Positions 28,819-43,831 of a stretch of 64,000 nucleotides of DNA are shown in pieces. The position numbers were made by a program, and so were the translations under genes. Within the stretch, counting starts at the first letter, position 1. Each line of letters begins with the position of its first letter. The DNA lies in assembly GCF_009914755.1 (NCBI RefSeq), contig NC_060927.1; one strand, 5' to 3'. This stretch comes from the human T2T-CHM13v2.0 reference genome, Homo sapiens. Under the pieces are notes generated by a model that saw only the letters and a list, made by a program, of their open reading frames with translations, searched no databases and had not been told where the DNA came from.

Positions 28819-31800
28819 TTTTTTAAAAAGTAATAGAAATTAAGAGAATACATTATAGAGACGTTTCTTTACCTCTGCGGTTTATTGACAAAAGTCTTTA
28901 CATTCTGTTACATATCTCTTGGCCCAACCAATTTAATGTATTTTCCAAGTTAGTGTGTCTTTTAGAGTTTGATTAAAGAAGAAAATTTTCTGACCTTTAT
29001 TAAAAAGCTTTTCTTTATTAGATGGGTACAGTAATAGAATGCAAAATGACTTTAAGCATCTATCCCCTTTATCCATCATTAAAAGCTAATTGTCACATAA
29101 TATAAGTGCAACTTGATGGGATTTTTAACGTACCAAAAATTGGCAATCTGTGATGAGGAAAGTGGGCTCTGTGAGGACTCAAGTTAAGAGAATGAAAGAA
29201 AAAATGAAGCTTTTATAAATCTTAAGTGGTAGCTAAATGGAAATAAAAGCTTTTAATTTTTGTAGGAGAGTAGTGATAGCAGATCAGTACCTTATGTTTT
29301 GCTGGAAACCGAAGTTTTCAGAATGTGCTTGTATGACTGCTAGGGTGGTGGTTTGGGCCACTGAAGACTGTACAGGGTTAATTCCTTATGTTTGGAAAAA
29401 TGGTAATGCCTTCTTTATCTTTGTGCTATCCATGGAGTTATTTTCTTAACAAGAGCAATAATGACCTTTCTTGCTCCTCTTTAGGGAATGGCAATTGGTG
29501 GGATATTCAGTAGGAAATCCATTACCCTGTCTGTGTCTTGGGTAGTTTGTGGTGCTCCCCTGGTCCAGTTTGGGTCTTGCTCAGTAGGTAGTGATGATGC
29601 ATTAAGTGGATAAAACCACAGTCATGCTGGGGCTTTCATTTGGCTCAGTGACATGGTTGTAAAACACAGGGTTTCAAACAAAGATTTTTGAAATGGTGCT
29701 CTCTTACTAATCCTCCTCACAGTTTGGTAGAAAGGGCACTAAAATGTTGCTGGTTTGTAAAAAGTAGAGTGCTTGTTTATCGTAGCTCAAAGGTGCTAAT
29801 TGTTTCTAGCAGGAGTATTACACATGAAACCTCAAGGTCATGCTTAACCCACTGGCTACTGAACAGTTTGACTGCACTGTAATACACAACCTGTCCCAAG
29901 CTTTCATGCAGCTTCCTAGCTCGGACTCATTAGATAACGTTAGTTTGTTTGAATCAGCACACTCTTCTGTGCCTTCTGAAGATCTAAGACCTGGGAGCTA
30001 CTGACCATCCATATTTTCATTCCTTAACTCCTAAGACTGTGCCAAGATGTTACGTCTTCTCTAGTCATTCCTGCCTATAAATTATTTGCAATTTTGTTTT
30101 ACCTTTACTACTGTCATAAATCTAGGAAATTTTAGTTTGGGCAACTTAAGGACCATAGTTTTTATAGCCCATTGTCAGAACACTAGTTATTTACTTACTT
30201 TTTGTGACATAAAACCCAGATTTTTTAGATTCCATGATACACAGAACCATATGATTAAATCAGTTGTTATTATGTGCTTTTAGTGACAAATCTTTTTAGG
30301 GCTACATCATCTTATCTTACATGAGACAGATAATTTCTGTAAGAAACTTGTATCAGAAACATGTAGCCTGTCGTGAATTTTTATTACTTTCTTTGTTGTT
30401 TATTGAAAGGGTTGGGACTTCTGAGTTAAATAATTTAAAAAGTTACATTTTACTGTTATAAAAATCCATGTTAATCCAAGAAGAAAATTTCTGTTAAATG
30501 CCTTTTTGATTTAAAGTGTGTGAATTAGATATTTGATCATGATTTGGGACCTGAAAAACTATCTTATTTCTTTATAAATGTAATGTAGTTACTGTATCTG
30601 AAAGTAATATATGGTTCCTTTATCCTCTCTACTACTGCTGTATTTTCAGAAGGAGAAGCAATTATATTGATTTGCTGAGTAACTTCTTACTCAACCAGTT
30701 TCTGTTATAGTATATTAACATAACTGTTCTGTTAGTTTATTTATTCTGACTTGTGGGCATGAATATTTTAGGTAAACTTTATAATGTTCAAGATAGTTTG
30801 AAAGATTAATCAATGCTTATTTCCTTGCTTTACAAATGTATAAGAGCTATTCAAGTAACAGTTATCTAAACAAGTTGTTTTATAATGAGGTAGTATAAGA
30901 GAAGTATTTCCCTAGACAACATGAAATAAAGCTCAAACATCCTCAATTTTTTTTGTTTGTGAATATTTATAGCTTTGAATCTCAGCTGTAGTCGGGATGA
31001 TGGCATAAATTGTAATTATACTGCAGAACTGAAAGAAAAATTTGAAAGAACTGATAATGGCTCTAAAACAGTATCTTTAATAAGCTAATGGTATTGGTGA
31101 CCATTCAGTAAGTATCTGCTCAGTCAATGAAATCATTGAACTTCATCTTATTTGTGTAAGTGATGATTGTGCCCTCCATGACTTCACAGTACCTAGTTCA
31201 ATACCTACTAAGTAAATGAGCATTCATGAATGAATGAAATGTAAGGCTGAATTTTGAATTTTGCAAGCTTTTTTGACATACGACTTTAAGATCTGATCAG
31301 ATCTCTCACAGATTCCCATGAAACCTATCCCAGTTGGTTTTCTTTTCGTTTTATATTTGTTCTACCCTTCAATAAATGAATAAAATATGATATTAAATAT
31401 AATATGTACTTACTGCCTGTGGTGTACCCGGCACTCTTCTGTGTACTTTCAGATATCTCACTTTGAAGATCATAACAAATATTACTGGTAGATGTAATTT
31501 ATCCAACCCCCAATTTCTTGTTTCCTCCACTCCCCCACCTCACTCTGCTCTCCTTCCTTCCCCTCCCCTTCTTCTTTCCCTTCTATTGATCTTATTCTTC
31601 ATTTCTCTGTTATTTGACAAATTTTGAGACTGAGACTTTGAGAGGTTGAGTAACTTAGGTGGAATCACACAGGAGGGCCAAAGCCAACTCCTTTTCTACT
31701 TTCATCACATATCTAGGGACTCTGACACCTAGATTCTAATTGCTGATTCCTGGAATGGTTGCTTGTCTTTGTCATTTTTATGGCTTCTTTCTCATGATAT

Positions 31801-32232
31801 AAAATGCAATTCTGGGCTCAGCCACACTCTCAGAGCCTAATTAAGTTGGTGTTTTAAATACTTACCTGGGAGGCATCGAGGTTTGGACGTATGATTGTGT
31901 GTCAGACAACTCCTGTTTGAATGTCATTTGTACCACTTCTTAACTGTGTCAGTATGAACAAGGCACTTAACCTCTTGGATTCTAGTTTCCTCATCCATAA
32001 ACGAGGAAAATAATAGTTACCTTTTGAAGTCATTTTGAAAATTAAAAAGATACTACCTATATAAAGCTACTTACTAGTCATAAATTTATACTCTTGCTAA
32101 AAACACTTTTGCCTTTTTCGTTAGACGTGTTTAGCGTATCTGTGTTTATGTGTGTGTTCCATTTGTCTATTTATAAGCATACTATGTGGTCTGATAATTT
32201 ATGAATGAGAAAAACAGATGCAGAAAACATCT

Positions 32233-32291
32233 GGGAGAGATGTTTTTGGGAGATGTTTTGGGAGATGTTTGGGAGATGTTTTGGGAGAGAT
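32233..32291 (+). repeat. Short minisatellite (GGGAGATGTTTT)~5
   Basis: gggagagatgttttt gggagatgtttt gggagatgttt gggagatgtttt gggagagat. Confidence 0.85.
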
Positions 32292-32348
32292 CTTAATAAT
32301 GGTTAGTAGTATACATTTAAAGACAAAGCAGAATATTATTTAAATAGT

Positions 32349-32954
32349 TCCACTGTGGAAAGCAGTTAGGAGATTTCTCAAAGAACTTAAAATAGGACTA
32401 CCATTTGACCCAGCAGTCTACTACTGGGTATACACACAAAGAAAAGTAATTTGTTTTGTCAAAAAGACACATGGGCTGTTATGTTCATTCCAGTGCTGTT
32501 TACCATAGCAAAGACGTGGAATCAACCTAGGTGCCCATCAACAGTGGATTGGATACAGCAAATGTAGTACATATTCACTGTGGAATACTATGCAGCCATA
32601 AAAAAGGAACAAAATCATGTCCTTTGCAGCAACATTGATGCAACTGGAGACCATCATCCTAAGCAAATTAACGTAAGAACAGAAAACCAAATACCACATT
32701 CTCTCAGTTATAAGTGGGAGCTAAACATTGAATACACCATAGACATAAAGATGGGAACAACAAACCCTGGGGACTATTAGATGGGGAAGGGAAGGAGGGG
32801 AGCATGGGCTGAAAAACTAACCATTGGGTATGCTCACCACCTGGGTGACAGGACCATCCGTATCTCAAACCTCAGCATCATGCAATATACCCATGTAACA
32901 ACCCTACACTTGTATTCCCTGAATCAAAAAGTTTTAAAAATAGAATATGAAAAA
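32349..32954 (+). mobile_element. 5'-truncated L1 3' end (L1PB/L1MA-like)
   Basis: ORF2 C-terminal and 3'UTR motifs (ccactgtggaaagcag, tggaatactatgcagccataaaaaag, taagtgggagctaaac) and A-rich tail; candidate TSD taaatagt at 32341 and 32955. Confidence 0.9.
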
Positions 32955-35808
32955 TAAATAGTAAAATAATTGTATTTATTCAACAAACATTTATCAAGCT
33001 TTTACTCAATAAATGGGGTAGGCTCCATTCTAGTTCCTGGGACTATAGTAATAAGACCATTAAAAATACTGCCTTTATGAAGTATACTTTCTAGTGGGGG
33101 AAAACAGAAAATAAATAAAATAAGTAAGCTGTATGGTGCATATTAGATGGCTATATGTTATAGGAAAAATAAAGCAAGGGAAGGAGAGAGAGGGGAGGTT
33201 GCTCTAGAGTGTGGTTTGTGATGAGATAGGGATCATACTCTCAGGAATTATGCAAGTCCAGGATAGGTGTGTGCAAAGATAGCGAACAGTGTGCTGACCT
33301 TAGGGATGTCCGTCCTCTTCCAAGACATGCACGTCTTTTTCTGCACCATTTTTAGAGTAGCTCTGGCAGACTTGGAGACATTCCTGTTCAGCATGAAAAG
33401 TTGTACAGAAGTTTGTACCTGGTGGCAGACTTTTGGGAATCTACTATTATGCTTGGAAGAGGATGCCTGGTACTCTGGATGGCTTTCTCCATAGTTGGCA
33501 GAATTAGGGGCAAGCCATGTGCATTCCTTGCAGCTGAAGTGCTGATTGATACTTCTCTTAAGACTTTTCCTTGAAATTCCTAATAGCAGTCAGGTGAGCT
33601 ATTAAGTGGGTGTTTTGGACTGAGAAAAAGTGTCTTAAGTAAGCGTGCTTGTTCTTACCTTTTTTTTTTTTTTTTTAATACTGAATGGAAGGAAAGGTGC
33701 ATTTAAATTTTAAAATAACTCTCAAGGAGCCAGGACAAGGGAGAAGAGCTAATATTAATTTTTCAAAAATTCTTATGGGAATAAATACTTTCTTTTCCTC
33801 CTTATTCATTCATTTATACATTCATTTATAGATATTAATTTTTTCAGCATGTATTTATTGAGCATCTCCTGTATTCTAGGCACTGTGAATGTTACAAAGT
33901 AGATAAGGATAGGTAAGATACATGCTCACAAGGAGTGTATACAACAGGAAGAGAGAGGAAGAAGTACAGAAACAACTTTCCTATGAGACCTTAATGAGAT
34001 AACACAAGGGGAATAATCTAGCACATACCTGGGCATAGTAGATGCTCAATACCAAGAGTCAACTGTTGACTCTTGGATAAAGTGATTAGTCACTCTGGAG
34101 AGGTACAGACAATATGGTCAGATGAGGGATCGGTAACTTTTGACGCTATTGTTGGGGAAGTCCTCATGGAAACTTGAAATGGGCCTTGGAGTTGAATGGG
34201 ATTTGGGCACATCCCCCTGAGCGTGGGGAGATCACCTTATTTGGCTTTGTATTTTTAGCAGGTGGTACAGCATAGGTTGGAAATAATTTTTTTAGATGAA
34301 TAAATGAGGGGAAAGGACAGTTTTGGTGAGGGGTAAACCGCAAGCAATGGCATGCCAGAGATTGGGAAGTACAACAGAGTTTAGGGGCTCCAGCAGTGAT
34401 TCAGTTCAGCTGAAGAAAGAGTAACTACAAGGGAAATGTATCTTCTAAGTAAGATCAGGGTCAGATCCTGGGGAGGTCATAGTTGCCAGGCCAACCATGT
34501 AGGATCTAAAGCAGGCTTGGTAGCCAACACTGGTGACATTGGAGCAGGGTATGGGTGGCAGGAGCCTCAGATGAGGAGACTATTACAGCATCAGAGCTGG
34601 AAGTAATTACTCATCTAGGGTGGCCATAGGGACTATAGAGACCTGGATAGAGGTAAGTGATATTTTAGAGGCGGAATTGACAGCACACTAAAGTAAGTAC
34701 TTCAACTGTAGCTCAGTGGAATGATTTTGAATGCCTCCTTTTGCTATAGGAACTCTTTTTGAGAAAATGAAAACCTCAAATCAAATTTCCTGGAACAACT
34801 TTTTTGGAGAGTTTAGCGCTATCTAAGTCATTCTCCTAGGAGCTCTTATAAAACATTATGAAGGCAAAAAAAATGTTAAATAAAGTTATTATATCAACAG
34901 GTAATTTACAGCACAGTTCAATATTTATACACTGTAAATATATTTTTATAGTTCTTTTGGACCCTTTGTATATTCTGTGTTATACATACTCACATACAAA
35001 CACACACATACCAGGAAAGGAGAGAGGAAATACAGAAGTAGCCACGTGTTAGTTAATTATTTGATGCTGCATCTTCGATTACTAATGAGCCCAGTGACAC
35101 TACTTTGTTGATTTTTATGTGAAAATTCTTTATGATCATCAGTGTTATGAAGTGGTTTCCACGAAAGCATTTCACCCATCTTTTTCTTCTTTTAAAGAAA
35201 CATTTACAATAGTGATGCTGTTTAAGTTTTGTTAATACAATGCATTTTTGTTGGGGGAAGCATTCTTCGGAAAAACCGTATCAGCTTTTGCTTTCACATC
35301 TAGCATAAATGTATAAGACTGTAAGAAGAGGCAATATAAAAATGTAATATGCATGATCCTTTCTTTCTGGCATCACCGACCTCATTAATAGATTTGTGTG
35401 TAAGGGAATATAGTCCTGAAAATTGTTAAACCAGATCTCAACCCTGGTTTTTACACTGATGTGAGTATCCTGTGCCAGACACTTTATTTCAACAGGCCTT
35501 AGTTTTCTCATTTATAAATAAGAGCCTGCCCTGGAATGATCAGGAACATCCTTCTGGGAGTAATTCCCTGTGACTCTGTGCCCTGTTAGGGCCACATGGG
35601 GAAGAGCTGCTCATAAACATTGACAAATTGAAATATTTTAAAATTCAGATTATTTGTATTCTTCACAAGTTCCAGACTATTATCCTTTTTCATGTAAGAG
35701 GCTGAAGAAAGCCCTATGTTTACTTTAGTTGCAGAACATTGAGCTTTTCTGAACAGGGTACATGGCACATGGAAGATTCCCCAATAAATAATTGCTGGGT
35801 TTGTTTCA

Positions 35809-36159
<351 letters not shown>

Positions 36160-36989
36160 AAAGGATTGCTCTTGGACTTGGTCTGATCCTCTGCTCATGT
36201 TAGAGAAGCAACTGAAACAATTCTTAATGTATTCAAAGGTAAACTCTTAAATGGATAACCACAGAAACCTAGGCATGGTATTAAGGCCTGGGAATATGAA
36301 GTAAATAAAAATAGGTACCCCCACGAGCTTTCGCTATGGTAGGGAAAATAGACATTAGGGACTTGGGACATATAGGATTTATTCCATTGTTACAGATAGA
36401 AAAGTGTGAAATCAAGTGACTTCTCTAAATCATTGTTGAAAGTAAAATTGTATTTTAAAAATCAGTAAAAGTGCTTAAAAATTAATCACAATTGGATTCA
36501 TCCCCATTTTTCCTGCCCCAACTAAAGGTTATTTCTTTTGAAGTAACATGACAAATTCTAATATGGTTTCTTCATAATTTCCTTTTTCAGGTCTGAAGCA
36601 CAGATATATTTCAGCTAGTCTCAACATCCATGTTGAGAGGCAAGGAGATACGCAATCTCTAAGGACATTGCATTTCCAAATATATAGGGATTTATAGATC
36701 AAAGCCATTTTTAGTCATTTTTGCTGAGGTAGTGAAGACCTAATTTTACCCACCCTTTAAATGCTATACGTCTTTTGACTTCATAAAGAAAAATGTTGAT
36801 TTCAAAAATTTTATTTTGGTGTTAACAGTGATCTCAGGGTGCTAAGGATCTGCTAAATTTGCTGAGTTTGAATGGTTTGGTCAGTAGTGAAAAATTTGGC
36901 TTATTTGGTATTTAGGCATCCCATTAAAATGAGTGTTGAACATTCTCATTGCATTATACTGTTTTCATAAAATCCTCTGTATTCACAAT

Positions 36990-37220
36990 AATAATTACTA
37001 CTGATTATGGAACATTATGTATCAGACAATGTGATAGATATTTTAAACCATCTTATTTAATCTTTACAAATAAGACTAAGAGATAGACATTATTGTTTAC
37101 CATTTTATCTATGAAGAACCTAAGACTCCAGGTGGTTAAATATCTATCCATGTAGCTATTTCTATGCTTCAGGATTTGAGTTCTGGTCATTCTAACTCTA
37201 GAGGCTAAGTCAGTTACCAT
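36990..37220 (-). mobile_element. MIR
   Basis: atcttatttaatctttacaaa...attattgtttaccattttatctatgaagaacctaagactc core. Confidence 0.7.
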
Positions 37221-38460
37221 ATTGCTACTTTCTCCCGTGCTCCCAAGTAATTATTGCTAAAATCTAAGTCCTGGCTTTTTAACGTATGGGCTAAAGGACA
37301 GATTGGATGTATGAGAACTGTGTCTATGAGGGCAGTTTGTGGGAGGAGGGACCTGGGGCCTAATAGGAGAGGTAGATTTTAGAAACTGAGTTAAGGACAA
37401 GAAAACCGTAGCTGGCAGGAGAATCCAAGTCAACAACTGAAAGATACTGTATCATTCACTAAAGAGGAAGGGTAGATGAAGAAGTCACTGAGAACTTGAG
37501 GTCTAGCTGTGATTTCTGATTACTATCTCACTTGTTTTTTGAAACAGTATTAATTTTACACAAAAGGTATGGTTACTTACCCAGTTCAACTTATGCATAT
37601 TTTATTAATTCTTTAATTTATTCTATCTAGTGTTATTAGATCTTTAATTCCTGAGTACTTATTTTCTAGATTTCTAACAATGGTGGACTATGTTCTTTCA
37701 GGAAGATGGTAGTATTTTAGGTTTGTTATGTGTTTTTTTTTCTTCTGGATTCTCCAGATAAGCAGTTAATTACCCTATTTGTCTATTCCTGAACAAATAA
37801 GAAACTGAGAGTGGGATCCAAGAATGTATGTTTTTCACAATTCCTGAAGTTGATTATGATATGCATCAAATGTTGATAGGAAATTGAATACGCGTGTAGA
37901 GAAGGTAAAGGGATTTGGGATCTAAACCCAGGAGTGCCGGGTATGGGGAAGGCTGTTCCTTTACTGGAGAACAGAAGCTGAACATGAAGGAATAAAACAG
38001 ACAGTGGTGAGGGATTATTGATTACGGATTTAGAGAATTAGTCATTCTTAATTTAAAAACCCCTTTTGGCTGTTACTTGTGGAAAATAAATTGGTCTTTT
38101 TTCACTCACATTTTCTATGTGTAGAATGGTCTGTTTTTAGTGACCTGGTATCCAAGAAATTGTAAATAGACTGATGTCATTTCACTTACTTTTGAAACAC
38201 AATATAGAACAGTTGGAATACTTTTCTTGTGTTGATTCCTTGGTTTAAGATTTTATATGTATCTAGCTCACAAAGGAATTTGTGGATTTCCAAGGGCATT
38301 TTGGCAAAGAGAAGGTAATATACAAATTTTAATATACAAAGTAACCAAAAGGTATGGTTACTTGCGGAGTTTAACTTATGCATTTTTTATTCTTTAATTT
38401 ATTCTGTCTAGTTTCTGTAGCTCTTTGATTCGTGAGTACTTATTTTCTAGATTTCTAGAA

Positions 38461-38520
38461 AGATCATGCAATTGCACTCCAGCCTGGGCAACAGGGTGAG
38501 ACCCTGTCTCAAAAGAAAAG
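38461..38520 (+). mobile_element. Alu 3' fragment
   Basis: agatcatgcaattgcactccagcctgggcaacagggtgagaccctgtctcaaaag. Confidence 0.85.
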
Positions 38521-38531
38521 GAGAATTCTTA

Positions 38532-38903
<372 letters not shown>

Positions 38904-41711
38904 CTACTTTATTTTCATAGTATTGATATTTGTTTCTGCTAAACCAAAGCTCCTATTTGAGGTGTAGTTGCTCAGTTTCCCACCTCCTATCTTCTCTCTA
39001 TTTGCATGTACTTTTGAGTAGATGGGGTGAGAACAGGATTATTTGGCTAAACAATATAGAACAGTTGGAATACGTTTCTTGTGTTGGTTCCTTGATTTAA
39101 GATTTTCTATATACCTAGCTCACAAAGGAATTTATAGATTTCCAAGGGCATTTTAGCAAAGGGAAGGTAATATGCAAAGGGCTAAGTAATTCACCAATTG
39201 GGTCATTAAGACCCAGAAAAAGCTTGGAGAGTGCTTGTTAACTTTTCAAGAAGACATTGACTGCTGTGATCACATCACTGTTATGATCATGAAGATCAAA
39301 CAAAAAAGTTACTCATCAAAAAGCAGAACCGGAACCAAAACTACTATCCCACTCATGTTTAAGAATGTGGTGTTCATGTTCTGAAAATACAATTATGTAT
39401 CCCTCGGTTAGAAAGATGTGAGTTAAAGAAGCCCCAAGGAAAGGCATCTGTAACACTGCTGGGATGGAAAGCTGCCACTGAAGAAGATTCTCTTCTTGAA
39501 TGCTGAAAGCGTCTCTGGTTTCATCCTGTGAAATCATGGATGAAGCATCAAAGGATTAATCACTCAAATTCTGGTGAATCTGAACAAGTAGTAATTTCTT
39601 AGAGTCCTAAAAATTTCTGTATGAATAGTCCTCCCCTTGGGATTCATGGCTGTCTTAAACATTAGGGCAGAACTGTTATAAACTGTTGTCCTCAGAAAAG
39701 ATAATAGAAAATACATATTTCTGCAAAAATATAATTTAAATAAATTTGTTTGTGATAGAAACATAATGGGGCATTATGGCAAGTAGGAGGCTTTGAAGTT
39801 TATCCCTGATCTTGTGAGGTTGATGTCAGGGTTGAGAAAGCCATGTTCTTCCACACCAAGTCCTTCTGTCCACTGTCAGATCAAGTACTGGCCGTGGCTC
39901 AGGGATCTGCTCAACTCTTTTGGTTCACGGGCTCTGATATTATATCACTCTTTGCTGCTGTCCTGTCAGGTTCTTCCAAGACACTAGGACTTTGCCTTTC
40001 ATTTTAGAAAATTACTGGTTAATAGACTCCACTGCCTATTTAACACTGTGATTCAATAGATGTTTATTGAACAGGTTTATCTATTTATTAGTATATATAA
40101 AAATGGTTCATATTAGATTCATAATTTTGGTATGTGTGTATTTTGTTTATTTAATTTTTTTTGAATTAGATGCTGTTTAGATGCTGGCCTTGAGTCAGAA
40201 CCATTTTGCCAAGCAAACTTTCAGAGCCCTTCTCCCTGCAGGGAAGTATTACATGTAAATGCTGGGTGTTATACAGCTTTATAAGTACCTGGTACCTTTC
40301 TGCAGTTATTCCTTTGATTAACAGAACCAATGAGGCTGGGGTCACTGTGGTTGTGCCGATTTTCTGGTATTTATTTTTTATGAAGAGATTGCTTTAGGAA
40401 ATGCGTGTTAAGGCACAGACTACCTTAAGTAGTAATCCTAGCAGGTTACCCATTATAAATTTCCAGAAAAGGCTCAATTTACATAAAATTACCAAAGAAG
40501 ATGTTGGGAAACTTTCAGGAACCGAGCATTTTTGGATAGATTCTGGAGCTACCTCTTAAATTAACCCGGAAGCTAGAATCAGAGGGATCTTTGGGTTTCT
40601 TAGTATTCTACTTCATGCATTTTTCTACTAAAGTACCTGAGTGGCAGAGGGAAGTAAACTATTATATTCTTATGAAGTCAGGGGTCATAGCCCAAATTTT
40701 GTTGCCAGAGCTCAGGTTTGTTGAAGTTTCTAGAATGCTTTATCTTAAAAGTCCATGTGAATATTATATTGTATTCCATAAGGTATACCTTCTTTTGATT
40801 TTTGATTTTTTAAAAAATTGAGGTAAAATTGACATACAGTGAAATGCATAGGTCTTAAGTTCTGTATACAGTTTGAGTATTAACAAAAGCGTACACTGGT
40901 GTAATTCACATACCTATTGAGAATATACTACATGTTTTAACATAGAAGTAGCATTTGAAATTATTTTCCATCAAGAAAATGGATGTCTTAGGAATATTTT
41001 CTCTTTTTCATTTTGTGGCTTCTACTTGATATACCACTCTGTATTCTTCAGGGATGATGGCAGTGGACAATGGCATGATTATTCCATTTTGAGAAGTGTG
41101 GCCTTCATCACCAAGATAGCTGTGCAAAATGATTAGACATCATAATGGACTTTCGTTAGCTAAAGCCTAACATTAGTTAGAGAAATTGGCTAATGACCAT
41201 TATTCACTGAAACACCAAAAATTCCTGTTTCTCTAATTGCAAACAGTTTATCAAATCAAACCCTAGATCTATGATCAGGAAATTAAAGAGTCAGTCACAT
41301 TCATTGTTTTTGCTGGTAATCTATTTTATAGTAAGGTCTTACTCATATACATGTGAACATTTGATACTTTCCAGTACTTACCCTCCAGGAACTCCACTGA
41401 TGACCTATTCCCGGCTTTCATTCCTATTTCTTGAATTATTTCTTGAACATTGCCTGCAGCAGCTCTTAGTGTTTGTACCTTCTTTTCCTCCAGAATCTTT
41501 CAGGGAGTAGATATTAAAGCTCTATTTCAGTAGGGACCAAGTTTTAGTTATTGTATGTAGTACAGTGCATACCTTAAGCTCAGTAGATTGATTTCAGTTG
41601 TTAGTGTTAGGTAATAAAGGAGACACAAAGTTGGCTAAGGGATAGATAGACTCCTATGGTCAAGGAATGTTTAGTAATATTAGCAAGGGGGGAAAGCAGG
41701 ATGAGGAGGGC

Positions 41712-41870
41712 AGTGGCCCCTGGACTAGCTGGGTCAGCATCACCTGGTAGAAATACCTATACCCAGGTCTCCAGAATCCTGAATCAGAAACTCAGCGGGG
41801 CTTGGCAGCAGTCTGTGGTTTAATAAGTCTTCCAGGTGCTTCTAATGGTGCTAAAATTTGAGATCTACTG
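41712..41870. mobile_element. MER5A
   Basis: cagcatcacctgg...ctgaatcagaaact...ttccaggtg...tttgagatctactg. Confidence 0.8.
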
Positions 41871-41994
41871 GGTTAGAGGAAGAAGCCAGGCAAAGATGTG
41901 GGTTCTGCTAAAATCGAGCTTCAGCAGGATACTTCAGGGAGCTTTGGAGTGTGAATGGCACCTTAGAGTTGTCACTAAGAAAGGGGGCTATCTT

Positions 41995-42319
<325 letters not shown>

Positions 42320-42639
42320 TCAGGTATGGGCTGTCAGGGGCTGTCCTAGTTGACAGACAGTGAGAGAGGAGCATAATTTCCCAGATTCTTTGGGCAAGTT
42401 GGCTCTCAAGCAGCTGTGAGCTGATAGCATCCAACAATCACAGCATCTGGGCAGTGGGTATGCCAATTAGGTAAAGGGGGTCTAGATGGGACATTACACT
42501 GAGTTACAGGAAGTTATTTAACTAGCTTAAAGTTCCACAGCTAGTAGTGGGATTTGAATTCAAGCAGCCTAGCACCGGAGTCCATCTTTCTAACCATTAG
42601 CTATACCATGTGCAGTAGTCAGAACAACAGTAGCAATAA

Positions 42640-43500
42640 TAGCAGGGGCATAACTGAACAAGGGATGATTCAGAGAAAGGAGTTGCTTCTGACCGGGGGG
42701 AAAACAAAGAAATTATCATGGAAGAGATGTCATTTGATTTTGCTTTGAAGTAGTAGTTCATGTAAAAATTTATGTGAGAGGCTTTTTAGGCAGAAGGAAT
42801 AGCCTGAGAAAAGGCATAGTGGCATGCAAATGTGGTTTGTGTGTAAGAAAGTTGGTTATTCTGTTTGGCTTCGATTTGGCTTATCAAAGAGAGTTCTGGG
42901 AGAAAAGTTGTTCAACATTGGTTTGAGGCCAAATAATGGATATCCCTAGATGCCAGACAAGTGAAGATTTTTAAACTGGGAAATGACGTAATCAGAGTAT
43001 ACTTTAGAAATATTAATGTGACAACAGATGAATAGGGGAAATTTTAGGAAAAGAAACTGGATCAGATAAGTAGGAGGGAGACAAGTCTGGAAGCAATCAA
43101 TGTGTAGGATAAACTGGGACCTGCTCTCAGCTGAGGCAATTAAACTGGAAAAGAAATAGATTGAAAAGATACTACAGAAGAAGCAGTACAGAAGTTGGGG
43201 GACTGAAGGAGAGGGAGCCACTGCAGGTGCTAGCTGCTTAAGGGGATACCAGTCCTTTTACAGATATAATAGATACAGCTTCTGAGGTGGAGGGTGATAG
43301 GAGTGTGTAGAGAAATTGCAGTTCAGAACTGGAGCATGCAGTTAGGCAAGAGGCATCCCATGTGAAGATGTCAAGCAAGTACTGGAAAATGCTGAACTAA
43401 AACTCAGGGATGGATATGTAGATTTAGAGAACTTCATTGTAGAGGCAGTCATTGAAAGCTAAAAGGGCTGATAATAAAATTGCCAAGGATGGAAATAGTA
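42640..43500 (-). mobile_element. Degenerate L2 fragments
   Basis: Purine-rich L2-like phrases (aggcagaaggaatagc, agatgtcaagcaagtactgga, atgtagatttagaga). Confidence 0.5.
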
Positions 43501-43533
43501 AGAGGGAGTCAGTGTTATTAGGATTAGAATTCT

Positions 43534-43831
43534 GTTTTGTTTTTTCTTTAAACAGATTCTCGCTCTGTCACCCTGGCTGGAGTGAAGTGGTATGATCTCA
43601 GCTCACTGCAGCCTCGACCTCCCAGGCTCAAGTTATCCTCCCAACTCTCAGCCTCCCAAGTAGCTGGGACCACAGCCATACAACACATGCCTGCCTTATG
43701 TTTGTATTTTTTGTAGAGACGAGGTTTTGCCATGTTTCCCAGGCTGGTCTCGAACTTCTGGGCTCAAGCAATCCACCCACCTTGGTCTCCCAAAATGCTG
43801 GCATTATAGGTGTGAGTTACCACACTGGGCC
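43534..43831 (-). mobile_element. AluJ
   Basis: Reverse dimer; TSD aggattagaattct at 43520-43533 and 43832-43845. Confidence 0.95.

Noticed and set aside
31160-31249. GTGATGA...CTGA resembling a C/D box snoRNA
   Set aside because: Interior looks like an L2 3' tail (tgaatgaatgaa); no convincing terminal stem or recognisable guide
31289-31304. 16-bp palindrome AGATCTGATCAGATCT
   Set aside because: 8-bp arms built from GATC units; about one such palindrome is expected by chance in 64 kb
32233-32291. Short regularly repeated units as a CRISPR-like array
   Set aside because: No unique spacers; a simple minisatellite in eukaryotic DNA
32580-32780. ORF MEYYAAIKKE...
   Set aside because: Fragment of the L1 ORF2 C-terminus and 3'UTR in a truncated dead copy
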